The translations under genes and the position numbers were made by a program. A DNA stretch of 64,000 bases from Candidatus Gottesmanbacteria bacterium (GTDB lineage: Bacteria; Patescibacteriota; Microgenomatia; 2-02-FULL-39-11): contig JACPKY010000001.1 of NCBI GenBank assembly GCA_016186795.1, positions 65,357 through 129,356 of the forward strand, in the 5' to 3' direction. Below, in pieces: positions 62,950 through 64,000 of the stretch. The number at the start of each line of letters is the position of its first letter. The first letter of the stretch is position 1. The notes beneath the pieces were generated by a model. The model did no database searches. It was given only the letters and a program-made list of their open reading frames with translations, and was not told the DNA's origin.

Positions 62950-63795
62950 TCAAGAATGAATACGGGCCATCAGGACGCGGTAAAAAAACTCTCCTCCGCG
63001 TAATTGCCGAGGAAGTCTTTGAGGATTTAGAAGGAGACGAAAAAGCCATTCAAAACCTCTCTCTCGTACCCACTTTGGCGCCCGGGGAACACTTCCTGAT
63101 AAATAATCCAGCGCACCTCCAACAGCCATGAGAACGAGAGGACGGGAAGAGAAATGGGAGAAATGAGACGAGAGAAGATGAATGAAATATTCTTGTTTGG
63201 GATGACCTAGTGCGACAAAGAGAATGTCAATATTCTTTTGACGCACGACTCTTGCAAGATTCCGAAAGTACTTCTCCGCTCCCAGAGGTGGGTTTCCGTT
63301 TGAATGAATCAGAATCTGTTGAGGACTTTGTGCCACTTTTATTTCTGGTGCATCCAACACTGTAACACGAAGATTGTTATAGCTTCTTTCTAAGCACTCA
63401 CCTGCACTGAGTGCTACTTTCCCTTTCCCACCTATAAGTCCTATCCGAAAGCCCTTTTGAGACGACAACTGACACAACTCAGCTACGAAATCAACTCCGG
63501 AAATTTTTTCGATTCGGCCCTTTTGCAAAAACCGCAACGCCCACACAATGCCATTCCCGTCGGGAATGTTTATATGGGCCTTTGCAACAATCTCTTTAAA
63601 TTTCTTATCATGAAATGAAAACGCAATAATTTCCGGGTTCGGAGTAAAAATAGAAAGTGTTTTTGGCTGTTTTTTTTTCTTTTTTTCTTCGCTCTTTCTC
63701 GTTTTTCCTAACCACTTTTCAATTTCCTCTAGGATAGTAGCCTTTTTAGCACTTGTTATTGGTATTCCGAAAAGTTCTTTAAAATTTTTCCTCAT
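62950..63795 (-). CDS. WecB/TagA/CpsF-family glycosyltransferase (GT26)
   Basis: ...GVDFVAELCQLSSQKGFRIGLIGG..., NIDILFVALGHPKQEYFI, FEWLFRLLLNPQRLPRQ (typical GT26 C-terminal block). Confidence 0.75.
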   Translation of the reverse strand: MRKNFKELFGIPITSAKKATILEEIEKWLGKTRKSEEKKKKKQPKTLSIFTPNPEIIAFSFHDKKFKEIVAKAHINIPDGNGIVWALRFLQKGRIEKISGVDFVAELCQLSSQKGFRIGLIGGKGKVALSAGECLERSYNNLRVTVLDAPEIKVAQSPQQILIHSNGNPPLGAEKYFRNLARVVRQKNIDILFVALGHPKQEYFIHLLSSHFSHFSSRPLVLMAVGGALDYLSGSVPRAPKWVRERGFEWLFRLLLNPQRLPRQLRGGEFFYRVLMARIHS

Positions 63796-64000
63796 AACAA
63801 ATCCTACAAGTCTTTTTTATCAGATTTCTTTCCTCCGAAAAAGTGCAAGATTGAGTACATTTTGTTTTTCTGTCTTTCTTATTTTTATAAAAGGAAAATA
63901 TGATCAAATTTTTTGGGAAAAAAAACTCTTTTTTTGCCTTTTTTGCCTATTTACTATGAGTCCTTATATAAAATTCCTTTTCACTGCTGAAAAATAATCT

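Noticed and set aside
1-64000. CRISPR arrays or rRNA genes
   Set aside because: No regularly spaced direct repeats of 25-40 bp were seen. The only tandem repeats are short coding repeats (PT linkers, ENQGPS, the 14-mer in pgl). No rRNA-like conserved stretches.

Overview
The window is low-GC and gene-dense, and reads like a small-genome Patescibacteria/CPR-type bacterium (inferred from gene content, not from any search).

Its backbone is the conserved translation locus, broken up by accessory insertions. The anchors, in order, are:
- tRNA-Thr(UGU), a LAGLIDADG endonuclease-like ORF and tRNA-Tyr (9.5-10.1 kb)
- mltG (11.4 kb)
- tRNA-Thr(GGU) plus a tRNA-like 3' remnant (12.9 kb)
- rpmG/L33 (14.5 kb)
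- tRNA-Trp (18.3 kb)
- secE-nusG (34.4-35.3 kb)
- rplK-rplA (36.1-37.4 kb)
- rplJ-rplL (42.6-43.6 kb)

Inserted between these anchors are six type II toxin-antitoxin pairs: BrnT/BrnA (x2), VapBC-like (x2), RelE/RelB and HicAB. There is also an IS1595-family transposase with a GC-rich passenger segment, and several GC-rich islands.

The 5' end (0.2-9.3 kb) encodes a secretome block:
- an S8 subtilisin and an M4 thermolysin-like protease, each with a Pro/Thr linker and a C-terminal LamG/ConA-like lectin domain
- membrane-anchored paralogs
- a 682-aa extremely Cys-rich secreted protein

A second block of surface/secreted proteins lies at 24.4-31.9 kb:
- a presenilin/SPP-like GxGD membrane protease candidate
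- a polyproline/NPF-repeat membrane protein
- a 6x Cys4 'ELGC'-repeat protein
- an SNase nuclease
- an SGNH hydrolase
- a zinc-ribbon membrane protein

The 3' third carries a complete pentose-phosphate cluster (tal-tkt-rpe-rpiB-gnd, yggS, zwf, pgl). It is followed by a predicted archaeal-type PPAT fused to a DUF359 dephospho-CoA-kinase domain, a glycogen synthase, three GT4 glycosyltransferases and a WecB/TagA GT26 enzyme.

No rRNA and no CRISPR array were seen. All functional calls rest on motif recognition by eye; no database search could be run.
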